A DNA stretch of 64,000 nt from a virus. The position numbers and the translations under genes were made by a program. Every line of letters starts with the position of its first letter. Positions within the stretch are counted from its first letter, which is position 1. Of the stretch, positions 1 to 9,075 are shown piece after piece. A model generated the notes under the pieces. That model was not told where the DNA came from. It saw only the letters and a program-made list of their open reading frames with translations, and did not search any database. The stretch is from IMG/VR virus record IMGVR_UViG_3300020045_002218, positions 1 through 64,000 of that record; one strand, 5' to 3'.

Positions 1-35
1 ATACTGATCATAAGGGATTGTAAACTTATTTAGGG

Positions 36-65
36 TTTACACTTACAAAGATAATATGGTACTAT
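36..65 (+). promoter_or_regulatory. Putative sigma70-like promoter for the HNH ORF
   Basis: TTTACA-18 nt-TACTAT with extended -10 TG, about 30 nt upstream of ATG 96. Confidence 0.45.
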
Positions 66-95
66 ATCCTTTTCTAAACAACTAGGTGTAGTATC

Positions 96-713
96 ATGTT
101 TCTAATCCAAAAATTACCATCAAAAGAAGTAACCAGTAAAACTGGTATTGTTAAAATGAGATCTCAAGGACTATTCAAATGTCCTGTTTGTAAGAAAGAA
201 GTTATCAAAGATATTGATAATGGAAGAAAGATAGAAACTTGTAGTAAACAATGTAGAATATACCCAGATCTTAAACACGGAATGTGTGGTACTCCAATTC
301 ATAATATTTGGAGAAGTATGAAAGGTAGATGTGACAGTAACTCTGTAAATTCTATCAACTATAAATACTATGCTGGTAAAGGGATTACATACCAAGAATC
401 TTGGAAAGAATTTAGTAACTTTTTAGCTGATATGATAGGTACATTTGAACCAGGATTATCACTAGATAGAATTGATCCAAACGGTAATTATACAAAAGAA
501 AATTGCCAATGGATTACGCTAGAAGAAAATATGCGAAAAGATCAAATTAAGCCAATATATAAATACACACTAGAGGGTGTTTATGTTTGTTCTTATGAAT
601 CAGTAGCAGAAGCAGTATTAGCAGGTGAAGCTCCATTTAGTTCTAGTCTCTCCAGAGTAGCAAGAGGGGAGAGAACTCAATATAAAGGATTCATCTGGAA
701 ATACGAAGAGTAG
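96..713 (+). CDS. HNH homing endonuclease with N-terminal Zn finger and C-terminal NUMOD1-like DNA-binding domain
   Basis: CPVC..CSKQC; WRSMKGRC..YAGKGI..W..FSNFLADM; SLDRIDPNGNYTKENCQW; C-terminal YESVAEA...YKGFIWKY. Confidence 0.88.
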   Translation: MFLIQKLPSKEVTSKTGIVKMRSQGLFKCPVCKKEVIKDIDNGRKIETCSKQCRIYPDLKHGMCGTPIHNIWRSMKGRCDSNSVNSINYKYYAGKGITYQESWKEFSNFLADMIGTFEPGLSLDRIDPNGNYTKENCQWITLEENMRKDQIKPIYKYTLEGVYVCSYESVAEAVLAGEAPFSSSLSRVARGERTQYKGFIWKYEE

Positions 714-845
714 TACAAAGTATAGACTAAACAGAGAAAGTGCCTAGAATCAAAGATTTGGTGCTTTCCTGTTGATGTTTATGATAGTCAGGATATTCGT
801 ATCCATTGCCGTAGGAATGACCTACATAATTAAAAGAGAAATACA

Positions 846-1163
846 ATGAATGATAAAGAAATGGAACAACAAATTGTAGCTAAAGGATTAACTGCTCCAA
901 GGGTAACACTAGATAATCTAAACCAAGTAATCAAAGATATTGAAATTGTTAAGTTTGTTACTAAAGGAAATAAAGTTTTAAGATGGGCTGTACTTACAAT
1001 GAAAAATGGTTTTGCTGTTGTTGGTAATCCATCTGCAAGTGTATCTCCTGAAAATGATGATGCTGAAATTGGGGAAAGAATTGCTATTGAAAATTCTAAA
1101 AATAAAGTTTGGGAATTAGAAGGATATGCTTTAGCTTCTAAATTACATACTCAAGGAGAATAA
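846..1163 (+). CDS. Phage protein, N4 gp49/Sf6 gp66-like family
   Basis: APRVT...LRWAVLTMKNGFAVVG..SASVSPENDDAEIGERIA motif. Confidence 0.75.
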   Translation: MNDKEMEQQIVAKGLTAPRVTLDNLNQVIKDIEIVKFVTKGNKVLRWAVLTMKNGFAVVGNPSASVSPENDDAEIGERIAIENSKNKVWELEGYALASKLHTQGE

Positions 1164-1164
1164 C

Positions 1165-1725
1165 ATGACAGAAATAGATCAAGAGGAACTAACCCTATTA
1201 AAAGAAAGAGCTAATTTAATGGGTATCCAATATCATCCTAGTATTGGGTTGAATACACTAAGAGATAAAGTTAAATCAGCTTTAGACTTAGATAACTCAG
1301 CAACATCTGTAGATACAACAAGTGTTAATATGTCTGAGTTTGTAGAGACATTAGGACAAAAGAAAGCAAGACTTAAGAAGGATGCAGAGAAATTAGTTAG
1401 AATTAGAATCTCTTGTATGAATCCTTCTAAAGCAGAAATTCCAGGTGAAGTTGTATGTGTAGGTAATAAGTTCATAGGACAAATTACTCAATATGTACCG
1501 TTCAATAATGAACCTATCCATGTAAGACAAATTATTTTAGATAGATTACAAGAAAGAACATATACACATCATTACACAGCACAAGGTAAGTCTGGTAAAG
1601 ATGAGAGTAAGAATAAACAAGTAAAAGAATTTAACATTGAAATTCTTCCTTTCTTAACAGAACAGGAAATTAAAGACTTAGCTCATCAACAAGCTATTAC
1701 AGATAGATTAAAAGATGGAGATTAA
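1165..1725 (+). CDS. N4 gp55-like protein
   Basis: ELTLLKERANLMGIQYHPSIG...LVRIRISCMNPSK motif; position at start of the gp55-gp50 late cluster. Confidence 0.75.
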   Translation: MTEIDQEELTLLKERANLMGIQYHPSIGLNTLRDKVKSALDLDNSATSVDTTSVNMSEFVETLGQKKARLKKDAEKLVRIRISCMNPSKAEIPGEVVCVGNKFIGQITQYVPFNNEPIHVRQIILDRLQERTYTHHYTAQGKSGKDESKNKQVKEFNIEILPFLTEQEIKDLAHQQAITDRLKDGD

Positions 1726-1728
1726 ACC

Positions 1729-2052
1729 ATGTTTGTAAAAGATACTGCTATAACCCTTACTTGTGTATTAGCTCCTACACCAGGAACATATATTGAAACT
1801 GATTTTGATTTGGAAGTTACTCTTCCAGATAAATCTGTAGTATATGATGAAGACTTAACATCAGTAAGTTATGTTGCACCAACATCTACAACTGAAGGAA
1901 GTATTGTATTTTCATACACTCCTACAGTAGCTGGATTACATGAATTAGTTATTGCTACAGGAACATCTCTAGTACATACAAATCATGTAAAAACATTATT
2001 AAATGTTATTGAAGCAACAACAGTAAAAACAATTAGAGCAACACTTCCATAA
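1729..2052 (+). CDS. Small beta-rich (Ig-like) putative virion protein
   Basis: Thr/Val-rich, FSYTPTVAGLHELVI Ig-like motif, late cluster. Confidence 0.5.
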   Translation: MFVKDTAITLTCVLAPTPGTYIETDFDLEVTLPDKSVVYDEDLTSVSYVAPTSTTEGSIVFSYTPTVAGLHELVIATGTSLVHTNHVKTLLNVIEATTVKTIRATLP

Positions 2053-2061
2053 GGAATTAAT

Positions 2062-4383
2062 ATGTCAGTAGCATTCTCAGAGGTAGCTAATTTATTTGAC
2101 CCTATAATGGGGAGTATCAACGATAAATTAGTTATTGAATTTGAAAAGAATAGACTCAAAGGAGCTGATTATGCTGCTGTATATGCTCAAGCTATTGAGT
2201 CATCTTTACAACAAGTAGTTCAGTTAATATTAGGTACAGACCAGAGAGAACTCTTAGCAGCACAAGTAGAAGAAGTAGGAGCAAAGATAGCACTATCAAA
2301 CCAAGAATTAATTAACCTTGGTTTAGAAGCTCTTAACATACCAAAACAAGGTTTGATATTAGACTCTCAATTAGAAGATTCTCAAGCCAAGATAGCCTTA
2401 ACTATTGCTCAAAAGGATCAAGTTATTGAAGAAACTAAAAATGTACCTAAAGAAGGGTTAATTTTAGATGCTGAGTTGTTAATCAAAGAAGAACAGATTA
2501 TTGCTTCTCAAGCTGATACTCAATATAAAATAGAACAAGTAGAACTTACTAAAGCAGAAATAAAACTTAAAGAGTCTCAAGTATTACTATCTGAAAAAGA
2601 GTTAGAATTTAAGACTGTAGAGTTTAACCAAAAATTACCTTTAGAAATTCAAAAACTTTCTAATGAAACTACTTTAGTTGGTGTACAAACAGATGAAGTA
2701 TCTGCACAAATAACTAAGATAAGCGAAGATGTTAAGTTAATACCAAAACAAGGACAATTGTTAGATCAACAAGTTCTTAATGCAGTACAGGATGTACTTA
2801 AATCACAGGCTGAAGTAGTCAATCTTGGTAAACAAGGAGAGTTAATTACATCTCAAATTAGTGAATCAGATTCAAAAGTATTATTAACTTCTGCACAAGC
2901 AGAACTTGCAGATAAAAATGTTATTAAAGCAGATTCAGAAATTGCTTTAGCAGTACAGGAAGTATTAGTTAAACAACAAGAAGTATTATCTTCAATTGCA
3001 GAGGTAGCTACACTTAATGCTAAATTACCTAACATAGTTAAAGAAGGTACATTGCTTGATTCTCAAGTTATTAAGCTTGAATCAGACAATACTTTAACTA
3101 CAAAACAAATAGAAGTTGCTACACAAGATATATTGTTGAAACAACAAAATGTTCTTAATGCAGCTCAAGAGGTATTAAAATCACAAGCAGAGGTTATAAA
3201 TTTAGCTAAACAAGGTGAGTTAATTACTGCTCAAGTATCTGAAACAGATTCTAAAATTCTACTTACATCAGCTCAAGCCAGTAGAACTGATAAAGAAGTT
3301 ATTAAGATGGATTCTGAAATAGCTATAGCTCAACAAGAAGTATTGGTTAAACAACAAAATGTTCTAAGTTCTATAGCTGAAGTAGCTACCTTAAACGCTA
3401 AGTTACCTAATATTAGTAAGGAAGGAGACTTACTTGATGGTCAAGTATTAAAAATTACCTCGGATATTACTCTTACTGAAAAACAAATAGAGGAAGCAAC
3501 TCAAGATATTTTAGTTAAACAACAAAACGTATTAAATGCAATTCAAGAAGTTTTAAAATCTACTGCTGAAGTAGAAACATTAAATGCTAAATTGATTAAT
3601 ATACCTGTTGAAGGTGATTTACTTGAAGCTCAAATATACAAATTGTTAAAAGATGCTCTTAAAACAGATGCAGATATTATTAATATTTCTGCTGATACTA
3701 ATAAGACAAATGCTGAAACATTGATTGTTCCTAAAGAAGGTTTAATTCTTGATGCTAAACTTCCTAATGTATACAAAGAAGGTAAAGTATTAGATGGTCA
3801 ATATGATAAGTTAGTTGGGGATTACTTACTTGTAGTTCAAGAGAAACTTAATAGAATTGCTGAAGCACTTAACATTCCTAAAGAAGGTGCTAAGCTTGAT
3901 GCTGAGACTGCTAATGTTGTTGGTAAGACTTCTTTGATACCTAAAGAATCTGAATTAATGGATGCTAAGATTGTTAATTTATTAAGAGAGAATGCTAACT
4001 TAGAAGAGCAATTAAGGTTATTAACTATTCAAGGAGATAATTTAGTTAAAGAAGGTAACAACTTAGATAAACAAGTAGAGATTGCTACTGAAGAATTAGC
4101 TATTAAGAAAGAAGAAGTTAAAAAGATGCCAGCAGAAATATGTTTAATTAAAGCTCAAGCATGGAATCAAAGAGCTAGTGCTAAACATACAGATGCTTTA
4201 ATCGGACCAGAGAGAGCAAGATGGGCAGCAGAAGCTTTAGGACACATGGTTTCTGACCATGCTACTGCAATAAGCCATGACCCTTCCATAGGTTCTGCTT
4301 TCTCTGATGGATCATTACAAGCACATGCTACTAGAGTAGAGCAACTTGCACAACAAAAAAATAATACGGAAAATGGTTGTTAA
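2062..4383 (+). CDS. N4 gp54-like structural protein, expanded by coiled-coil repeats
   Basis: N-terminal EFEKNRLKGADYAAVY motif; repeated (I/V)PKEG.LLD units; synteny. Confidence 0.65.
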   Translation: MSVAFSEVANLFDPIMGSINDKLVIEFEKNRLKGADYAAVYAQAIESSLQQVVQLILGTDQRELLAAQVEEVGAKIALSNQELINLGLEALNIPKQGLILDSQLEDSQAKIALTIAQKDQVIEETKNVPKEGLILDAELLIKEEQIIASQADTQYKIEQVELTKAEIKLKESQVLLSEKELEFKTVEFNQKLPLEIQKLSNETTLVGVQTDEVSAQITKISEDVKLIPKQGQLLDQQVLNAVQDVLKSQAEVVNLGKQGELITSQISESDSKVLLTSAQAELADKNVIKADSEIALAVQEVLVKQQEVLSSIAEVATLNAKLPNIVKEGTLLDSQVIKLESDNTLTTKQIEVATQDILLKQQNVLNAAQEVLKSQAEVINLAKQGELITAQVSETDSKILLTSAQASRTDKEVIKMDSEIAIAQQEVLVKQQNVLSSIAEVATLNAKLPNISKEGDLLDGQVLKITSDITLTEKQIEEATQDILVKQQNVLNAIQEVLKSTAEVETLNAKLINIPVEGDLLEAQIYKLLKDALKTDADIINISADTNKTNAETLIVPKEGLILDAKLPNVYKEGKVLDGQYDKLVGDYLLVVQEKLNRIAEALNIPKEGAKLDAETANVVGKTSLIPKESELMDAKIVNLLRENANLEEQLRLLTIQGDNLVKEGNNLDKQVEIATEELAIKKEEVKKMPAEICLIKAQAWNQRASAKHTDALIGPERARWAAEALGHMVSDHATAISHDPSIGSAFSDGSLQAHATRVEQLAQQKNNTENGC
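2797..3560 (+). repeat. Intragenic tandem duplication, 378 nt (126 aa) period
   Basis: LKSQAEV.NL.KQGELIT.Q...IAEVATLNAKLPNI.KEG.LLD...KQQNVLNA.QEV occurs twice (from 2797 and 3175). Confidence 0.85.
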
Positions 4384-4387
4384 ATAA

Positions 4388-6892
4388 ATGGCATATAATG
4401 AAGAAGAATATCCTTTTACAAAAATTACTGGAATAAATTTATGTAATAATGTAAGAGATTTTAACCAAGACGCTTTATTAAATAATAATTTTGGTTTTGA
4501 TTACATAGATTCTCTTCTTCATGCTCAAGCTAATCAATATAGTTATAAAGTAGATATACATCATAAATTATTAACACAAGAAAGGGAGTCTATGACTCCT
4601 TTTCCTTTTGGTAATTGTAAATCTTATTTTAGCTATACAGGTATTGATGGAACTACTTTATTAAAAGAATGTAAAGAGTACATAAGAAACAAACAAAATG
4701 ATGTATTACTTAAATTACAAAAAGTAGCACCTTATATTGCTGCATACGGTTTACCTGATTTTGATCCAATCAGGATTGCTGCTGAAAATAAAGTAATACA
4801 AGATAAAATAGATGTAAAAGAGTCTGAAGTTAAAGCTATTCAAACCAAGATAAATAATTTATCTATTGAGATTACTCAAGCTAATTGTTTAAATCAGTAT
4901 TTAGATGAATTACCTATTAAAGCAGCAATAGTAGTTCAACAAGATTTACTTCATAAAAAAGAAAAAGAAGTAGAAGATTTACATTGGGAAAAATATTGCT
5001 TATTTAGATGTACATCAAATATTTTAGGTAATCATCAAAGTATTGCAGAAGCTAACGTAGCTACACACATGTTATGGATGTCCTATCCATTAAATATAAA
5101 GATTACTGGAGTTATAATAACAAAACATTATCCAACATTTTATGTAGCCAAACACACTTTAGAGAAGTATGGGCATGTAGTTTTCTGGAGTACATATACA
5201 GAAGAGGGATATAACGATAATTGGACTTCACCTTATTTTAGTGAAGGTTACTTAGGTTTTGATGGCTTAAGTATTAATGCTAAAGACTCTTCTATTATAA
5301 AAATTAAATATCAAAAACATGAAACAAGTTTTACATCACAAATAACTAATATAGAAGAAGAAATATATGTTGAACCAAAGGAAGATTATTTAGTTACATG
5401 TGAAATGGTTGGTGCTACGGGATGGAGTTCACCAATATACTTAACATCTAAAGATTGTCCTTCACTACTTTTAAGTTTAGAAGAACAATTACTTGATAAA
5501 GAATATGGTTCTATTATTCCTATAAGACAGAACAATACAACACATATTAATGAACTAAGAGATGATCCAATAAATCTATCTTATGAAGAGTTATTAAGAC
5601 ATCTATATGTAAGTATGTATAATTTATCAGATAAAATAGATGAAGTTGGTTTAGAAGAAGTTATTACACAAACACAGTATGGTACATCTAAGTTACCTTT
5701 ATCTTCTTACATATCTACTATGTATTTTCACCAAGGTATTTCTTTAGCTACAGTAGAATATTCTTCTATTTGGTATTTAGCTGAGTTCTTTAACTCATTA
5801 CCTACAATAGGTAAAGATGATTTTGAATCTTATAAAGAATCTATTGGTATAAACTATTTGAATACCTCTGTACCTTATCTATTAGAAAATAGAGTAAGTA
5901 TTAGAAATAAAGTAGTAGAAACACTTATCAGTTATTCTTATATTGAAAAAGAAATTGTTGGTGAAGAATTAGAAGTAGAAGGGAGACTTAAAGGAAGGGT
6001 AGGTAATGCAACTATTCTATGTACTCCAGGAGAAACATTAAATGTTCCTTACGCAAATAATACAAGAATAGTTAGTCAATCTCTTAGTGGTTTATTTGGA
6101 TATAACTTTGGGTTACATGGTTCACCTATTAATTTAGAAACCAGTACAGTAGAATTAAAAGTACAAACAGGTAAAGGAACAATCCTTAAATTAACTATAC
6201 ATGGTTTATATATTAAGAATACTCTTAATTATGGTTATCCTATTAAAGCTGAAAAGGATATTCAGTATTTAGTTGATACTTATGAAGAACCATTAGAAGG
6301 TAATTATCAGAGTAAAAAAGACATAGTGTACTCGACAGTTAAACCAATGAAAGATGATGTTACTAAAGAGACATCAATAAATAGTATTATACCTTCTGAA
6401 GAGTTAAATCTTACAGGTATGGTAATTCCTTTATGGAATCATAACATCCGTACAACTGATTTTAGAGGTCTTCTTTATGGTAAAAATATGATTGATAGGG
6501 TTATGTACGATAGTCTTAATATAGGCATTGTAGCAGCCTTAACAGATGAGCAATTAGATCCTTTTCAGGTAGGTACTGACGATACATGGATTGATAAAAC
6601 AAAGAGAGAATATACTCTTACTGCTTACTTAGATAATTTTATTTCTAGTACACAAAAAGATACAGAGTCAGAAGAAGAATTTAAAGAAAGAACTAAGACT
6701 TTTACTAAGTTTAAAGATGATGTTACAGTAGCTGTAAATGTAGCTGTTAATAGATATATTCCTTCTAAACCAGTAGATACTTCTAAGAATCCAAGATTCT
6801 TATCTAATCAATATAGACTAGCAGAAGTAATAAATACACGAAAGAATATAGAATCTGATGCTGCATCAATTCTAGTAACTAATCAAATATAA
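4388..6892 (+). CDS. N4 gp53-like structural protein (putative)
   Basis: 834 aa; size and position between gp54-like gene and ejection proteins. Confidence 0.5.
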   Translation: MAYNEEEYPFTKITGINLCNNVRDFNQDALLNNNFGFDYIDSLLHAQANQYSYKVDIHHKLLTQERESMTPFPFGNCKSYFSYTGIDGTTLLKECKEYIRNKQNDVLLKLQKVAPYIAAYGLPDFDPIRIAAENKVIQDKIDVKESEVKAIQTKINNLSIEITQANCLNQYLDELPIKAAIVVQQDLLHKKEKEVEDLHWEKYCLFRCTSNILGNHQSIAEANVATHMLWMSYPLNIKITGVIITKHYPTFYVAKHTLEKYGHVVFWSTYTEEGYNDNWTSPYFSEGYLGFDGLSINAKDSSIIKIKYQKHETSFTSQITNIEEEIYVEPKEDYLVTCEMVGATGWSSPIYLTSKDCPSLLLSLEEQLLDKEYGSIIPIRQNNTTHINELRDDPINLSYEELLRHLYVSMYNLSDKIDEVGLEEVITQTQYGTSKLPLSSYISTMYFHQGISLATVEYSSIWYLAEFFNSLPTIGKDDFESYKESIGINYLNTSVPYLLENRVSIRNKVVETLISYSYIEKEIVGEELEVEGRLKGRVGNATILCTPGETLNVPYANNTRIVSQSLSGLFGYNFGLHGSPINLETSTVELKVQTGKGTILKLTIHGLYIKNTLNYGYPIKAEKDIQYLVDTYEEPLEGNYQSKKDIVYSTVKPMKDDVTKETSINSIIPSEELNLTGMVIPLWNHNIRTTDFRGLLYGKNMIDRVMYDSLNIGIVAALTDEQLDPFQVGTDDTWIDKTKREYTLTAYLDNFISSTQKDTESEEEFKERTKTFTKFKDDVTVAVNVAVNRYIPSKPVDTSKNPRFLSNQYRLAEVINTRKNIESDAASILVTNQI

Positions 6893-6906
6893 TTAAGGAA
6901 TTACTT

Positions 6907-8241
6907 ATGGCAGGTAAGAAACGCAAAATAACAAGAGAACCTTTTAGTTACCCAAGAGAATTAACCTCTCAATTAGATTCTTATGGAGGTACTTCAAGAC
7001 CTTTACAAGATTTAGCTCTTAAAGAAGAATTTGCAAAATTAAATAATACAAAATCTAGTATTCCTTATGAACAACCAATAGTTAGAAATACAGAAGACGT
7101 GTTAAAAAGTTTTACACCTAACGGTGCATCACCTACAACAAAAATTTCTGGAAGTTCTGTACCTTTAAGAAATACACCATCAATTAAATTATCTAATCCA
7201 GCACAACCAGCTTCTATTGCTACACCTGGTATGGTTGACATACAACCTACACAAGCTAAACCAAATATATTATCTAATATTGGTTCTAAGATTGTTAATG
7301 GTAAGCCTGGTGTATCAGAAGTTATAAGAGGTAAGTTACCTATTAATGCTATTAAAGGTGGAGCAATGTTAGCTCCTTCGTTTATAGCTTCATCAAATAT
7401 TTTAGGCAATAACAACACAGAATCTTTGATAAATGATTACACTAATAAGGAACAAAATAACTTTAAACAACCTATATTATCTGAGTTATCTCAAGGTATT
7501 CAAAATCCAAGTACATTACCAAAACACTTAGCTAATATAGCTTCAGATGGTATTGCTAGTGCTTGGAATAGTTCAGATTTTGGTAATACTAAATTAGGTT
7601 CTGCAATAGGTAATTTTGCTGGTGGATTAAGACAAACTGCAACTACTGTAAATGAATATCCTTACATGGCTAAAGCAAATCAAGCAATTCAACAAGGTAT
7701 TGCTGGAGGTATCGATTTAGCAGGATTTGGGTATAATGATTCAACACAACAAATAGGTAGTGTTATACCTACACAAATACCTACTTCAGCTACATCGCCT
7801 GTAAATCAAACATCTCCGTTTAAAAATACTGGATTGCCTAATGCAGAAATAAATTCTTTATTACAACAGAGACAACCTACACAAAATATGAGTTCTGTAG
7901 AACAACCTAAAACAAATGTCTTAGGTGAACCTATTCAGGCTACAGGTGTTGAAGGTGTGCAAGTACAGCAAGGTGCTAATGGTGTTCCTATGTATTCTAA
8001 AACAGGTACAGTACCTAACACATCGGGAATTAAGTATGATGATATGTCTCCTGGAAGAACAACCATTAATGGTAAAGTAGATAGAAATTCTGAATGGTTT
8101 AAAAGAAATGACGCTATAGCTCATCCATCAAGAATTACTGCTAATGTTGGAGGAATACAATACAATACAGGTAATCCAACAACATCTAATATTGATTTTA
8201 CACAAATGGAATCAAGACCTGAATTCTTAAGAAGGTACTAA
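6907..8241 (+). CDS. Putative internal virion/ejection protein
   Basis: Low-complexity Gly/Asn/Gln/Pro-rich, no Cys, upstream of vRNAP. Confidence 0.5.
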   Translation: MAGKKRKITREPFSYPRELTSQLDSYGGTSRPLQDLALKEEFAKLNNTKSSIPYEQPIVRNTEDVLKSFTPNGASPTTKISGSSVPLRNTPSIKLSNPAQPASIATPGMVDIQPTQAKPNILSNIGSKIVNGKPGVSEVIRGKLPINAIKGGAMLAPSFIASSNILGNNNTESLINDYTNKEQNNFKQPILSELSQGIQNPSTLPKHLANIASDGIASAWNSSDFGNTKLGSAIGNFAGGLRQTATTVNEYPYMAKANQAIQQGIAGGIDLAGFGYNDSTQQIGSVIPTQIPTSATSPVNQTSPFKNTGLPNAEINSLLQQRQPTQNMSSVEQPKTNVLGEPIQATGVEGVQVQQGANGVPMYSKTGTVPNTSGIKYDDMSPGRTTINGKVDRNSEWFKRNDAIAHPSRITANVGGIQYNTGNPTTSNIDFTQMESRPEFLRRY

Positions 8242-8242
8242 A

Positions 8243-9067
8243 ATGACACCACAACAATTTCAAGCAATGAATGAAGAAACTACTAGAAGAAATAATGCTC
8301 TAGTAAGGGAAGAACAAGATTCTATCTTTAATAGATGGAATACTCAACAACAAGCAATTACTCCTTTAGATGCTTGGGAACAAAGAAGAGCAGCAGAAAT
8401 AGAAGTACAAAAAGCTAATCCAATATTTCAAAAGGAGCAAGAGAAAAAAGACTTAATAGCTAATCTTCAAGGTGCAGGTAGGGCTATGCAAGATGCACAA
8501 TCCATCAGTGGATATACGCATAATGGTTTAGATGTTCATCAAGGTCAAGATGGTAAATACTATGCTCAAGATGCTCAAGGTAATGCTTATGAAGCTCCAC
8601 AAGATCAATTGAAACCAAAATATTCTATTGACAGAGGTCAAGCATTAATGAGTATGTTAAATGCAGGAAATACTCATGCTATTCCTGTGTTTGCTGCTAC
8701 TCAAGATAAAGAGTCTGGTAAATTAGGTTTTGCAGAACAACTTGCTTTAGCTCAAGTAAAAGGTAATAATCAACAGGATTTATGGGAAGCTAAACAACAA
8801 GCAAGAGAGAATGCTTCTGATGATAAAATGACAGGATATTCTAAAGCTAAAGATATTGTAGGTAATTTATCTCCTTGGTTTGGTGATAATGAATATGCGA
8901 CAAACGAAGCAACAAATATTGTAGGTCAAGCATTAGTTGATCCAAGATATAAAAAAGCAGATGTAATTAACGCAGCTAATAAAGCTAAAGCAGCATCAAG
9001 TCAATGGTATAAAGGAAAAACAGATTTTGATGCTCAAGAGTTTATTAGACAATTAACAGGTAACTAA
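8243..9067 (+). CDS. Putative internal virion/ejection protein
   Basis: Gln/Ala-rich, no Cys, directly upstream of vRNAP as N4 gp51/gp52. Confidence 0.5.
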   Translation: MTPQQFQAMNEETTRRNNALVREEQDSIFNRWNTQQQAITPLDAWEQRRAAEIEVQKANPIFQKEQEKKDLIANLQGAGRAMQDAQSISGYTHNGLDVHQGQDGKYYAQDAQGNAYEAPQDQLKPKYSIDRGQALMSMLNAGNTHAIPVFAATQDKESGKLGFAEQLALAQVKGNNQQDLWEAKQQARENASDDKMTGYSKAKDIVGNLSPWFGDNEYATNEATNIVGQALVDPRYKKADVINAANKAKAASSQWYKGKTDFDAQEFIRQLTGN

Positions 9068-9075
9068 GGAAAATA

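Larger units (their letters stand above)
1..848 (+). mobile_element. Group I intron-like element (3' part of core) carrying an HNH homing endonuclease; 5' part outside window, 3' splice site unresolved
   Basis: After the HNH stop: GTA-T(A)GACTA at 720-729 pairs with TAGTCA at 785-790 (P7 with bulged A); P8-like hairpin AAAGTGCC...GGTGCTTT; GGATA-TTCG-TATCC (791-804) and GTAGG-AATGA-CCTAC (811-825) as P9-region hairpins. Confidence 0.65.

Noticed and set aside
775-849. 24-aa hydrophobic micro-ORF MFMIVRIFVSIAVGMTYIIKREIQ overlapping the next ATG
   Set aside because: No RBS, and it lies on the intron P7-P9 core; probably coincidental, though its last codons could be a tiny 3' exon
8230-8250. 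Programmed frameshift joining the 444-aa and 274-aa ORFs
   Set aside because: The second ORF has its own SD-like GAAGG and ATG; no slippery heptamer
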